Shown one piece after another: positions 47,715 through 57,455 of a DNA stretch of 64,000 nt (position 1 is the stretch's first letter; every line of letters starts with the position of its first letter). The translations under genes and the position numbers were made by a program. The notes beneath the pieces are model-generated. The model did not search any database, had not been told where the DNA came from, and saw only the letters and a list, made by a program, of their open reading frames with translations. Location: NCBI GenBank assembly GCA_000996895.1, contig LCBB01000005.1, positions 11,421 through 75,420 on the forward strand, written 5' to 3'. Source of the stretch: a candidate division WWE3 bacterium GW2011_GWC2_41_23. Lineage in GTDB: Bacteria; Patescibacteriota; WWE3; UBA101185; UBA10185.

Positions 47715-48164
47715 TTAATGAAACCTTACTTTAATCTCAATACTGTCATGCAAACCCTCTAAATCCGAAGGATTATCCCTTTGAAGAGACAGCAAACCGT
47801 CATTTGTAGGGGGCACCGAAAAGTTTATAACTGCCTCAAATTCTACGTAATCTTCCGTCATCCACTCACCCTTTGCCGTAGCGTACCCGTCAACAAAATC
47901 CTCCCCGACGCCGTAATATAAAGTAAGCGGGAAAGTCCCCTCAAAGAACCAGGATCCCCTTGCCCTGCCCTTCACTATTAAAGGACTACTGACCACATCA
48001 TTAGGTTTTGGATAATCTACGATCATTTCGGGGGTTTCTACGGGAGTTTGAACGATGCGGTTAGGTATATTTACCGGCGGATTTTTAATTTTAAAAGTCA
48101 CTATCAACCCGGCAGACGTTACTATTGTAAGTATTATTAGGAGGGCAAACGGTCTTTTATTCAT
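47715..48164 (-). CDS. secreted Gmad2-like immunoglobulin-fold domain protein
   Basis: VVSSPLIVKGRARGSWFFEGTFPLTLYY resembles the Gmad2 (PF10648) core. N-terminal anchor. Confidence 0.45.
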   Translation of the reverse strand: MNKRPFALLIILTIVTSAGLIVTFKIKNPPVNIPNRIVQTPVETPEMIVDYPKPNDVVSSPLIVKGRARGSWFFEGTFPLTLYYGVGEDFVDGYATAKGEWMTEDYVEFEAVINFSVPPTNDGLLSLQRDNPSDLEGLHDSIEIKVRFH

Positions 48165-48239
48165 AATAAAATTGTAGCACTAGGAAAGAAAGATGGTAGC
48201 CGGTGATTTGCAAATTAACCCCACACTATTGCCTTTTGT

Positions 48240-49190
48240 TTAATATATCCAGGGCGCGTCCTCGGATTTAGGAAAGAAATCGTCGTGCAACTTTTTTGGC
48301 TCGACTGCGAAAAGCATTTTGTAAGTAGCTAATGCAGTTTCAAGCTGTTGCCAGTAGTCTTCGTAGGGTTGTTCCCAAAAAACTGCTCCCTGCTCTTTTT
48401 TCTTTTCCATCCACCTGCACGCCCAAGCCGACGCAACTTTTTCTGATTCGATAATAGCGGGAGCATACTTATCTATCATGTCAGATAAAGGTTTTAAAAA
48501 CCCCATGGAATTTTCACGTATGTTTTTTTCTAAATCGCTTCTTTTGATATGGAGCAGGGAAACTAAATTTGTCGCTACTCTGGCATTGATATCAAAACGT
48601 TCCGGTTCGGTAGCAAGATGTTTGAGGTGTCCTATCTCATGTAAAACGAGAGGCACGTCCAGTCTCTCACGCGAGTACGTTCTATCGGCATACTTTACAA
48701 AGTCAGGGACGTAGATATTTTTTGTTTTTGCCGAAAGCCCAAGAGTAGTAAAACGGGGATGAGCACACAGCAAGATTTTCGACCCCGATTCTAATTCTTC
48801 AGTTAAATCCACGGTAACACCGCCCTCCCCCATCACGTACATGTGTTTAACTTGATAAAAATCGTAAAAACCTAATTCAGTAGTTTCTGTGTCACACTCG
48901 TAAATAATTTTATTTGATGCAAAATCCAGCGAGATAAATAGTGATGTTTCCTCGCGGCCTTTTTCATCGTTGAATGTTCCGATTGAATATTTAGCGTTTG
49001 TAAACCCATTTTTCGATATCTTTTCCTGAAGATCGGGAATACTTTTAAGTCCGTCTCCATACATAAACGCTCTATACTTCTCCATTCCCATAGCTGACAT
49101 TAAATTCGGGTGGTTTTCGGACAATATCTCCATTTTGTCCAGCACGTCGGTTTTATCCAGTCCTTGTTCAAAAGAGCTTTCCATCATCAT
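48240..49190 (-). CDS. putative zinc metallopeptidase (HExxH)
   Basis: LVLHEIGHLKHL HExxH motif. 316 aa with no other recognisable domain. Confidence 0.45.
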   Translation of the reverse strand: MMMESSFEQGLDKTDVLDKMEILSENHPNLMSAMGMEKYRAFMYGDGLKSIPDLQEKISKNGFTNAKYSIGTFNDEKGREETSLFISLDFASNKIIYECDTETTELGFYDFYQVKHMYVMGEGGVTVDLTEELESGSKILLCAHPRFTTLGLSAKTKNIYVPDFVKYADRTYSRERLDVPLVLHEIGHLKHLATEPERFDINARVATNLVSLLHIKRSDLEKNIRENSMGFLKPLSDMIDKYAPAIIESEKVASAWACRWMEKKKEQGAVFWEQPYEDYWQQLETALATYKMLFAVEPKKLHDDFFPKSEDAPWIY

Positions 49191-49434
49191 ATAAAATTAT
49201 GACAGCGTATTGTTAGATTATCAATATTTGGGATATTACTTATAAGTATGTTGGTTCCATGTTCATTGAACCGATTTCCAAAACTTTACCTGACGGTAAA
49301 AGTACGTAATATTACTTTATTTCGGTTGTCCGGAATGTTGATTCTTCGTAATCGCGGTGAGATTATACCCATTCCTCAGTCTTTGCGTAGTAAAACTCTA
49401 TCGTCTGCTTCTCTTTACCACTGTCAGACATAAG

Positions 49435-49644
49435 CTAAACTTTTTTTCGGTTCTTAATATTTTCTATTACTAAGTATATTAACGGTAAAATTCCAACGGA
49501 ATTCACCACTAAAAGCGCTACAAACCAGTATTTTTGGCTATTACGGGAGCTTTTCCATAACGCGAGTCCTCTCAGAACCAAGTCCCACAAAATAAGCGGG
49601 TAAAATATGTAAGGATTTTGAGTGATTGCTTCTAATGGTTGCAT
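49435..49644 (-). CDS. small membrane protein, hypothetical
   Basis: 69 aa with two hydrophobic helices. Confidence 0.3.
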   Translation of the reverse strand: MQPLEAITQNPYIFYPLILWDLVLRGLALWKSSRNSQKYWFVALLVVNSVGILPLIYLVIENIKNRKKV

Positions 49645-49651
49645 AGTTAAG

Positions 49652-49969
49652 TTAGCTTAAAAATAAAGTAAAAATAAATAATGCGAAATAGATTAATCCC
49701 CACGCCACGGTCCACCCGATAAGAGTAAACGCCTCTTTATATTTTTTATCCCAAAACAAGACACCTGCACGTCCCAATATCATGACCGCAGAAATAACGG
49801 CGGATATTACAAAAAGGAGGAGCATTACGATGGGAGCATAAAATTCCGACACGGGCTTACTAAAAGTGGGAGTTACAAAGTTAAAAAAGAACGAAATTAA
49901 AATTAAATACACTACAAATCCGGAAGCCTGCAAAAAAGCCAAAAATGGAATGGAAAACTTTCTAATCAT
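49652..49969 (-). CDS. small membrane protein, hypothetical
   Basis: 105 aa with three or four hydrophobic helices. Confidence 0.35.
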   Translation of the reverse strand: MIRKFSIPFLAFLQASGFVVYLILISFFFNFVTPTFSKPVSEFYAPIVMLLLFVISAVISAVMILGRAGVLFWDKKYKEAFTLIGWTVAWGLIYFALFIFTLFLS

Positions 49970-50067
49970 AAGTTTATTATACTCTTTCCGGCAGTTTTCA
50001 TTGTAAAATCCGTTAATTTATACGTTACGAATGTGTAATTCTTGTCTACAGGCTATAGGTAAAATTT

Positions 50068-50574
50068 TTATCTGCCCGCGGGTAAACTTTCGCACGCTTC
50101 TCCGTCCTTATCACCGTCTAATCTGTTGACGTCATTTCCCAGGCCGCCGACTTTTATATAAAAGTTTTGCGCCTCAGATTTAGTAGTAAAATCGTCGCAG
50201 TTGTAGTCGTTCGAAGCTTTACCTTTTGTAGAGTCGGTTGTTGTGTTACCGAAAACATCGAATAGAACGTTTCCTGATTCATCTCTTGTAACCTCGGACT
50301 GTTCAAAGGATTTTGTTTGGATTAATTTTTGCAAATCCCAATCGTTGTTTGAAACTTCCATACCAAGAGCTGCTAACAGTGCCACAAAAGCGACTGCTAA
50401 TGCAATTCTGGCCTTTTCCCATACTATAAAAAGTACAGCGACCACGGCCAATAAAAATATTATTACACCGAGCCTTACTTTTTTATTCCCGCGGATATTT
50501 TTTTTGGGTTTTTCAATTTTCGCCGCACTGACCGTATCTTCCGTAGCTGTGTTTGAAATATTATTTTCTTCCAT
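50068..50574 (-). CDS. membrane-anchored Excalibur (extracellular calcium-binding) domain protein
   Basis: C-terminal CDDF...[12 protein letters not shown] matches the Excalibur DxDxDGxxCE motif. N-terminal TM. Confidence 0.65.
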   Translation of the reverse strand: MEENNISNTATEDTVSAAKIEKPKKNIRGNKKVRLGVIIFLLAVVAVLFIVWEKARIALAVAFVALLAALGMEVSNNDWDLQKLIQTKSFEQSEVTRDESGNVLFDVFGNTTTDSTKGKASNDYNCDDFTTKSEAQNFYIKVGGLGNDVNRLDGDKDGEACESLPAGR

Positions 50575-50657
50575 GTCTTGAGTATACTATTATTTGTATA
50601 GCGCTCAAGTTATATTCTCGGTGTCCTCACACATATTTGGCTTCCCTAATTTTAGAT

Positions 50658-50685
50658 TTGACACCCCAACCTACGTGGGTATAAT
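50658..50685 (+). promoter_or_regulatory. consensus sigma70-like promoter for 50749-51075
   Basis: -35 TTGACA, 16-nt spacer, -10 TATAAT. Confidence 0.55.
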
Positions 50686-50748
50686 GGGTACAATTTCCCA
50701 AATGCATTCAAATCTAAGTGCATACCTAAAGCCAAAAATGGAGGCGAT

Positions 50749-51075
50749 ATGAGCGGTTATTTTCTCTACGTCACGTGGTTAATTTTCACCGGTTTGGTGC
50801 TGGAGTTACTACTTTTGAGCAGTGTTATGTTGCCGAGTGTGGCCGCATCTGCAGCCTTTTTTCTTTCAGAACACCTAAAATCCGCACCTCTTGTTCCGGA
50901 ATTGACTGACGAGGAGTGGGAGTATTTGTTGTGGGAATATGAGAAAGAAAAATTCCCGTCCGGGAAAAAAAGTACCTCTATGGATAAGCCGGAGCGCGGG
51001 AAACCGCCGGAAGAAAAACGTAAAGAAAAAGAGTTCGAACCGATCGATACAGATTCGTTGTCTTTTTTACATTAA
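50749..51075 (+). CDS. small membrane-anchored hypothetical protein
   Basis: 108 aa. N-terminal TM, charged C-terminus. Has its own strong promoter and terminator. Confidence 0.45.
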   Translation: MSGYFLYVTWLIFTGLVLELLLLSSVMLPSVAASAAFFLSEHLKSAPLVPELTDEEWEYLLWEYEKEKFPSGKKSTSMDKPERGKPPEEKRKEKEFEPIDTDSLSFLH

Positions 51076-51095
51076 AAAGGACGGTTCGGAAATAC

Positions 51096-51139
51096 AAACC
51101 GGAGAATTTTTGCAAAAATTTTCTTCGGTTTACTTTTTG
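51096..51139 (+). terminator. rho-independent terminator
   Basis: aaaccggagaa...ttcttcggttt stem followed by actttttgg. Confidence 0.6.
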
Positions 51140-51156
51140 GAGGAATGTGAAAATAT

Positions 51157-51188
51157 TTCATTTTGTTTTCACATTACTGTGCTAAATA
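51157..51188 (+). promoter_or_regulatory. promoter-like motif, copy 4
   Basis: tttcattttgttttcacattactgtgctaaatac, about 70 nt upstream of the 51260 start. Confidence 0.35.
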
Positions 51189-51259
51189 CCGAGCTTTACT
51201 AATCTTTGTACCTATAGTATTATCCTGGCAATCAGGATAGCCAATAAAAAGGAGACGAA

Positions 51260-51799
51260 ATGGACTTTCGAGATAGACTGATAGCTTTGACGGACGTCGA
51301 GACAACAGGTCTGGACGCAAGCGTTTACGAAATAATCGAAGTCGGACTTGTGGTATTCGACCAGAGAACCTTCGAAATAAAGAATACGCTTGATATTAAA
51401 GTGATGCCACAACATCCGGAGGTTTTTTCTCCGATGGCCATGGAAATAAACGGCTACACCAAGAAAGCCTGGAAAAAATCGTTTCCGCTGGATTACGTGA
51501 TGCGGCTTTACAGCGAAAAGACTGTAGACGCGATGTTCTGCTCCCATAACGTCACATTTGACTGGTCTTTCATTGAAGCAGCCTTTAAAAAGACCGAAGT
51601 GGTAAATTATATGGATTACCACCGTATCGATCTTCTTACGCTAGCCTGGAGCAAACTGCGGAACACAGGACTGGAAAGACTGAAGATGGCTGCAGTAGCC
51701 TTGCATCTGGGAATACCCGAAGAACCCCAACCCCACCGCGCTTTTACCGGGGTCATGACCGAGTACGAGATTTTCAAGAAACTGTTAACAGATTATTAA
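51260..51799 (+). CDS. DEDDh-family 3'-5' exonuclease (DnaQ/oligoribonuclease-like)
   Basis: Exo I LTDVETTGLD. Exo II HNVTFDWSFI. Exo III H in PHRAFTGVM. Confidence 0.8.
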   Translation: MDFRDRLIALTDVETTGLDASVYEIIEVGLVVFDQRTFEIKNTLDIKVMPQHPEVFSPMAMEINGYTKKAWKKSFPLDYVMRLYSEKTVDAMFCSHNVTFDWSFIEAAFKKTEVVNYMDYHRIDLLTLAWSKLRNTGLERLKMAAVALHLGIPEEPQPHRAFTGVMTEYEIFKKLLTDY

Positions 51800-51900
51800 C
51801 AGCACTAAAACTCCGATTTTTAACAAAAAGTCGGAGTTTCTCTTTTAAGCTATATCACGCTAACCTTGATATTACTTTCCAAAGATAATATTATTTATTA

Positions 51901-53070
51901 ATGTTTAAGTCCCGCCGTGCCGGCACTTTTTTCTCACTTCTTTTTCTTTTAATAATAATCATTTTAATAACCGTCGATTTAACAAAACCTTTTTTGTGTT
52001 TTAATGAAAAAAAGCAGAACCCACAAGAAACGTTCGAGAAAAACCTGGAAAGATCTCTAATACTATATGGAAATTGGTTTATAAAAAATCAAACCGACGC
52101 CGGAGATTTTAATTATGAGCTAAATGTAGATACCGGAGAAAAGATACCCAATTACAACATCGTAAGACAGGCCGGCAGTTTTTATTCCCTAACCCATGCG
52201 TATAAATACACTAAAAACGACAACTACAAGAAAGGCATTGAAAAAGGAATAATTTTTTTTGAAAATCTTATTGAAGAAGTAGAGGGGAACGTTCCTATGT
52301 CACGAATTAAACACGAAGGAACCATTCAATCTAATACGGTAGCTGTATACCTTTTAGCTCTTATTGAATATATAGAGACGGATAATACTGATAAAGATAA
52401 ATATTTGGAAACATCAACCAAGTTGGCAAACTATCTTTTATACACCCAACGGAATGATGGAAGTTTTTTGCAAAGACTAGATCCCGCGGAAGAGTCTGAC
52501 TACAATAATGGCGAATCTTTTTACGCTCTTATTAGAATGTACAAATTGAGCGGCGATAAAAGATACCTGACGGGTGCTACAAAGGCTGCTGATTACATAA
52601 TATTAAAGTACTCCGCCGAACCTTTTAACTACTCTGTATTCGCGTGGGCGATGCAAGGGATGGCGCATCTTTATAGCGTTGAACATGACAGTAAATATTG
52701 GGATTTTATGAAGTCTTACACAGACTCTTATTTTAAACGCGGTGGAAATACGGCAAATTTGTATTTTAGAGGTTACAAAGTTCCTCCTCCGAAAGGTAAC
52801 TTGGGTGTGTACTTAGAAGGTTTGGCTCATGTTGCTTGGACCGCAAAAGAAACCGACCCCTATTACTATTCAGAAGTGTCACTTTTTATCAAAAAATCCT
52901 TGGAATATTTAATGTCGCTCCAGATTAACGGTCCAGCTTCTGAAAGAAAATCAGCAATACCTTGGATTTCGGGAGGAATCTGCTATGACTATCGGTGCAA
53001 AACGCAGCGTATCGATATTACTCACCATAATTTGTCGGCAATCTATTTTTATTTAACATACGTAAAATGA
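51901..53070 (+). CDS. membrane-anchored hypothetical protein, possibly alpha/alpha-toroid (prenyltransferase/terpene-cyclase-like repeats)
   Basis: N-terminal TM. YTQRNDGSF resembles the Q..DG(G/S)F repeats of alpha/alpha-toroid proteins. Weak. Confidence 0.35.
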   Translation: MFKSRRAGTFFSLLFLLIIIILITVDLTKPFLCFNEKKQNPQETFEKNLERSLILYGNWFIKNQTDAGDFNYELNVDTGEKIPNYNIVRQAGSFYSLTHAYKYTKNDNYKKGIEKGIIFFENLIEEVEGNVPMSRIKHEGTIQSNTVAVYLLALIEYIETDNTDKDKYLETSTKLANYLLYTQRNDGSFLQRLDPAEESDYNNGESFYALIRMYKLSGDKRYLTGATKAADYIILKYSAEPFNYSVFAWAMQGMAHLYSVEHDSKYWDFMKSYTDSYFKRGGNTANLYFRGYKVPPPKGNLGVYLEGLAHVAWTAKETDPYYYSEVSLFIKKSLEYLMSLQINGPASERKSAIPWISGGICYDYRCKTQRIDITHHNLSAIYFYLTYVK

Positions 53071-53185
53071 AAATCTTTTGCCAACGAAACTTAATAAACT
53101 TTCCATGTCATAAAATGTAAAGGTAAGTTCGCGTAAAATATTAGTAAGAGCCAAAAATTAATAAGATAAATAGCCGCGGAACAAC

Positions 53186-53686
53186 TTAAAGGTTAGCCAG
53201 TTTTTCAGTATTCTTTTCCTGGATTTGTATCATATTTTTCATGCTTTGGATTTTTTGTTGGATTTGGTCCAAAAGCGTTTGCTTTATTGCCGCAAACTCT
53301 TCGCGGTTGATTAATCTAACTCTTCTCACCTTACTGTCGTAGTTTATTTCGCTGTGCTCAAAAATAATGTAGTGTTCGGGGTCGAGTTTTAATAAAGAGG
53401 CCTCGGCGGGCAGGTGACGTACAAGTCTGTCGTATTCCGCGTCTCCGCTTAAATTTTCTTCTAGACTAAATATCTTATCGATAAATTTTTTGACACTTGT
53501 CATGGCTCCTTCGTTTTCGCCGGGCGTTAGGTTTTCGTAATAGTACCCCGCTTCCCAAACCCTTTTGTGGGTAATTACCTCCACTGCAAGAAGTCCTTGT
53601 AAGATAAAGTCTTTATTTTCCAGTGTTATGTTTCCTATAGTTTCCAAACTGTAGGTTTTTTCAAACATACTTTCCAGTGATTCCAC
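53186..53686 (-). CDS. hypothetical protein
   Basis: 166 aa, soluble. No motif recognised. Confidence 0.4.
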   Translation of the reverse strand: MESLESMFEKTYSLETIGNITLENKDFILQGLLAVEVITHKRVWEAGYYYENLTPGENEGAMTSVKKFIDKIFSLEENLSGDAEYDRLVRHLPAEASLLKLDPEHYIIFEHSEINYDSKVRRVRLINREEFAAIKQTLLDQIQQKIQSMKNMIQIQEKNTEKLANL

Positions 53687-53775
53687 CTATTTATAGTATG
53701 GGGTTGGATTTTTACTGTCAATGCAAATTCTGCAGATTTTTTAAAAATCCATAAGCACGTTGGGTACGGGTGATA

Positions 53776-56265
53776 TTATTTTGCGGGATTTATATGACTT
53801 GCAGTTTGTCCGTAAGGAATATTAATTGGTTTAGAGCGGTTCACAACTTTTTTAAAAAGCTCGATTGAGAAAAATACCGAAATTGAAAAGCCAAACGCTA
53901 CCAACCAATAATTAACAGTTAACGCACTGAGGACGAAAAACTGTCTTGAAGCGGCTGTAGAAAAGGGTAGAAATTGAAGCGCTAACCCGGCAAAGACAGC
54001 CATTATCAAGTATTTATTATTAAATAAGTGGTTTTTCCAAAAGGGTTTTTTCGGGTCTTTTACCGCAAAGACATAGACTAGGGAGTTTAATCCGATGGTG
54101 ATAAATGTGACCGAACGGGCCAGAATTACATCTCCCGTGGAGTTATAGATATATATGAATGAAGATAAGGCGATAAGTCCTACAAGAAAGCTTACAAAAG
54201 CAATCAAAAATACCATTTTCTTGTTAACAAGAAGTTCCTTGGAAGAACGGGGAGCTTCATACATAATATCTTTTCTTTTAGGATCTACTGTTAGGGCAAG
54301 ATTTGGAAACCCGTCTGATACTAGGTTAATCCAAAGTATTTGAACGGCAGTCAGAGGCAAAGGAAGTCCCAAAATTATCCCGCCCAGAACTACGATAATT
54401 TCTCCGAAAGCGTCGCACAAAAGATAAAGTGTTACCTTTCTAATATTTTCAAACATCACCCTGCCCTCCTCTATCGCACCGATAATCGTGGAAAAATTTG
54501 AGTCGAGTAAAACCAAATCGGCAGATTCCTTCGCAACGTCAGAAGATTCTCCTACTACTACCCCGATGTCAGATTTATGTAAAGCCGGGGCGTCGTTTAC
54601 CCCGTCTCCTATCATGGCTACAACCTCGCCGTTATTTTTCAGCGCTTCTACGATTAAAAGTTTTTGATCGGGGGTTGTTCTGGCAAAAAGACGTATATTT
54701 TTTACATGGCGGGTGAGTTCTTCGGCGGAAAGTACGGCAAGCTGATCCCCGGTCATTATCTCATCTTTAGAAACCGAGATTTCCAGTTCCGAAAGTACAA
54801 ACTCGGAAGTATTGGCATAATCTCCCGTTATAACAACTACCCTGATACCTGCAATTCTGGCTTGCTCCAGGACGTCTTTTACTCCCATTCTCACCGGATC
54901 CGAAAAAACCAAAAGACCTACCCAGGTTAAATCACTTTTGGCATCGTCGTTATCTAAAACCTGTTTATCAATGTTTACTTCTTTTCTAGCAAAACCTACT
55001 ACCCTTTTTCCCTGCTTTGTCAGTTTATCTATGGATGAATGGATTTCTGATTTTTCATCTTTCGTCAAAGTTGTTCCTTGGAGAAGTATTTCAGGGGCGC
55101 CGTTCACAAAAATCATATTTTTGTCGTCAGTCCACTTACTTAGACATATGAAAAAGCGTTCTTTGGATGAAAAAGGAATGCTGTCAATTCTCGGAAGGCC
55201 CGGTGACGGATCCCCCATTATTTGTTTACCCCACTCATAGGCCGAAATAACAATAGGATCGTCCAGGTCGTTTGCAAGTAGTGTCTGAACAGCTAATTCT
55301 TTTTCGTTTCCGATAAAATCGACTACTTCCATTTGTCCCTGTGTTAATGTTCCTGTTTTATCAACGCATATTACGGTTACTCCGCCTAAAGTTTCGGCAG
55401 CCGCCAGTTTTCTCACAAGCCCTTTACGTTTCAAGATCTTTTGCATCCCTACTGCAAGAACAACTGTCAAAGAAACCAAAAGACCTTCGGGAATACTTGA
55501 GACAGCTAAAGCAACCGAAGTGGTAAATATTTCAACTAAACTGAATTTGTGTATAAGACCTACGACAAATACAACTGTAACTAACACTCCTATTACAATC
55601 AGCAGTTGTTTACTGAATGACTTCAATTGTCTTTGAAGAGGGGTTACTTCCTTTTCCTCCTGAATTTCCTGCGCGATCTTTCCCATCTTTGTTGTTGTAC
55701 CTGTAGCCTCAACCTGCATAACTGCCTGTCCTGAAACGACCGTGGTTCCCATATAAAGCTCGTCGTCTTTAACTTTTTCCACCGCGGCACTTTCGCCGGT
55801 TAATATAGATTCATTAAGGTGTAAACGGTTCGAGGATAATATTTTGCCGTCGGCGGGTATTTTGTCTCCCTGGCCAAGTATTACGATGTCGCCCGGTACT
55901 ATCTGACTGGTATCAATTAAAACCCTATTACCGTCTCTTATAACCGTTGCTTCATCCGAAATGAATTTTTTTAAAGCGGCCAAAGCATTGGATGTTCGGT
56001 ACTCCTGTATAAACCCGAGCGTTGTATTGATTGCCACGGCCAGAAGTATTATAAAAGCGTTTGCGTATTCTCCGATAAAAAAAGTTACGACTGCGGATGC
56101 GAGCAAAACGTATACCAGCGGGCTTTTTAATTGTGAAGAGAATAAATAAAATTTGCTGGGCGGCGCTTTTTCAGGAAGTATGTTAAGGCCGTATTGTTCT
56201 TGCCGCTCAACTATTTCGGTGCTTGTTAGTCCTTTTTCTTCTGTTAAAAACGGATATTTGACCAT
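53776..56265 (-). CDS. cation-transporting P-type ATPase (Ca2+/Mg2+ type II-like)
   Basis: Phosphorylation site ICVDKTGTLT. Hinge MIGDGVNDAPAL. TGES-type actuator (TGESAAVEK). Ten TM segments. Confidence 0.9.
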   Translation of the reverse strand: MVKYPFLTEEKGLTSTEIVERQEQYGLNILPEKAPPSKFYLFSSQLKSPLVYVLLASAVVTFFIGEYANAFIILLAVAINTTLGFIQEYRTSNALAALKKFISDEATVIRDGNRVLIDTSQIVPGDIVILGQGDKIPADGKILSSNRLHLNESILTGESAAVEKVKDDELYMGTTVVSGQAVMQVEATGTTTKMGKIAQEIQEEKEVTPLQRQLKSFSKQLLIVIGVLVTVVFVVGLIHKFSLVEIFTTSVALAVSSIPEGLLVSLTVVLAVGMQKILKRKGLVRKLAAAETLGGVTVICVDKTGTLTQGQMEVVDFIGNEKELAVQTLLANDLDDPIVISAYEWGKQIMGDPSPGLPRIDSIPFSSKERFFICLSKWTDDKNMIFVNGAPEILLQGTTLTKDEKSEIHSSIDKLTKQGKRVVGFARKEVNIDKQVLDNDDAKSDLTWVGLLVFSDPVRMGVKDVLEQARIAGIRVVVITGDYANTSEFVLSELEISVSKDEIMTGDQLAVLSAEELTRHVKNIRLFARTTPDQKLLIVEALKNNGEVVAMIGDGVNDAPALHKSDIGVVVGESSDVAKESADLVLLDSNFSTIIGAIEEGRVMFENIRKVTLYLLCDAFGEIIVVLGGIILGLPLPLTAVQILWINLVSDGFPNLALTVDPKRKDIMYEAPRSSKELLVNKKMVFLIAFVSFLVGLIALSSFIYIYNSTGDVILARSVTFITIGLNSLVYVFAVKDPKKPFWKNHLFNNKYLIMAVFAGLALQFLPFSTAASRQFFVLSALTVNYWLVAFGFSISVFFSIELFKKVVNRSKPINIPYGQTASHINPAK

Positions 56266-56355
56266 AGTTTCGTACTTTTAAAGTATATCAATTATTTAAA
56301 TAGCGGGGAATAAATTCAAGGCTCGCGTAGAGGTGGGTCTAAAATTATGCGGTAT

Positions 56356-56697
56356 CTAGAAAATATTTTTAATAGCGTCCAATTTTTTTTCAAGAAACCC
56401 CCTCGTATCGCCGGTTTTATAGGAATGACCAAAACAAATACTGTTACACCTGAGAAAACACTTCATAGTAGATTTGCACTGAAAGTCTGCTGAAATACCT
56501 AGACAGCCCTCAACGACACCACCCTCCGGTAACGTACAGTTCAAATCCTGAAGACCGCCTTGTAATCCTGAACTTTGTTCGGATTCACAATAATCCTTAC
56601 AGGTTTTGTTAAATTTGGTATTAGTATATTTTTCAGGAAACAATACAACAGCTATCACTACCAATAATGTTATAAGTATTATCTTCTTTGTGCTCAT
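56356..56697 (-). CDS. secreted Cys-rich small protein, hypothetical
   Basis: N-terminal anchor. About 10 Cys in 113 aa. Confidence 0.4.
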   Translation of the reverse strand: MSTKKIILITLLVVIAVVLFPEKYTNTKFNKTCKDYCESEQSSGLQGGLQDLNCTLPEGGVVEGCLGISADFQCKSTMKCFLRCNSICFGHSYKTGDTRGFLEKKLDAIKNIF

Positions 56698-56909
56698 ACG
56701 TTAATACTAGCAGATTTCCACGCTTTCCACGACACCTCAGCCTCTTTTTTAGTTACAACCCTAATGGCAATTCCCATCTGTATCATCACGTAATCTCCGA
56801 CCTTTAACATCATTCCGCCAGCCAGAGCCTGTCTTGTTTCAGTAGGATACTCAACAATTAGTTTTTCACCTTGGATCTTTTTTACTATGCCCGGTATTGC
56901 TAAACACAT
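56694..56909 (-). CDS. hypC: [NiFe]-hydrogenase maturation factor HypC/HybG family
   Basis: Canonical N-terminus MCLAIPGIV. About 70 aa. Confidence 0.8.
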   Translation of the reverse strand: MCLAIPGIVKKIQGEKLIVEYPTETRQALAGGMMLKVGDYVMIQMGIAIRVVTKKEAEVSWKAWKSASINV

Positions 56910-56930
56910 CTATCTGATATTATACATAAT

Positions 56931-57455
56931 ATGGATGCTGCCAATACTACTGCTCAATCTCCTGAAAAAAAGAAACTTGTTGTGGGTTGGTTTTCTTTTA
57001 CATGCAGTGAAGACAGTACAATATTATTTACCGAGCTTTTGAACGATCACTTCAACGAATGGAAAACTCTTGTTGAGTTTAGACACTTAAAAGCTTTAAA
57101 AACGAACAATTCCATTAACGATCTCGATGTTGCATTTATCGAGGGGGCGATTTCTTCCGAAAAACAGGCAGCGGAAGTTACCAAAATCCGCAATAACTCA
57201 AAGTATGTGGTGGCAATCGGCGCGTGCGCCTGCAACGGACTCCCTTCCGCAAGTAGAAATATGTTCGTTCCCGAGAATGTAAGTTTTAAAACCAAATGGT
57301 ATTTGGAAAACTTTGATTACGCGGCGAAAGTTAAAAAACTCGAAGATGTGATTAAGGTAGATGATAAAGTAGAAGGCTGCCCGATGAATGCCGAGGCCTT
57401 CAAAACCGCGCTTTGGAAATATTTAAAATTATTTAGGATAGTCGAAAATGCATAG
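56931..57455 (+). CDS. [NiFe]-hydrogenase small subunit, minimal NuoB-like (proximal cluster only)
   Basis: Only four Cys: FTCSE, GACACNG and EGCP, the NuoB/hydrogenase small-subunit proximal [4Fe-4S] ligand pattern. 174 aa. Overlaps the large-subunit start by 8 nt. Confidence 0.7.
   Translation: MDAANTTAQSPEKKKLVVGWFSFTCSEDSTILFTELLNDHFNEWKTLVEFRHLKALKTNNSINDLDVAFIEGAISSEKQAAEVTKIRNNSKYVVAIGACACNGLPSASRNMFVPENVSFKTKWYLENFDYAAKVKKLEDVIKVDDKVEGCPMNAEAFKTALWKYLKLFRIVENA

Noticed and set aside
54155-56149. Multiple short + strand ORFs (54155, 54498, 54664, 54938, 55341, 55961)
   Set aside because: All antisense to the P-type ATPase gene, which has unambiguous motifs.
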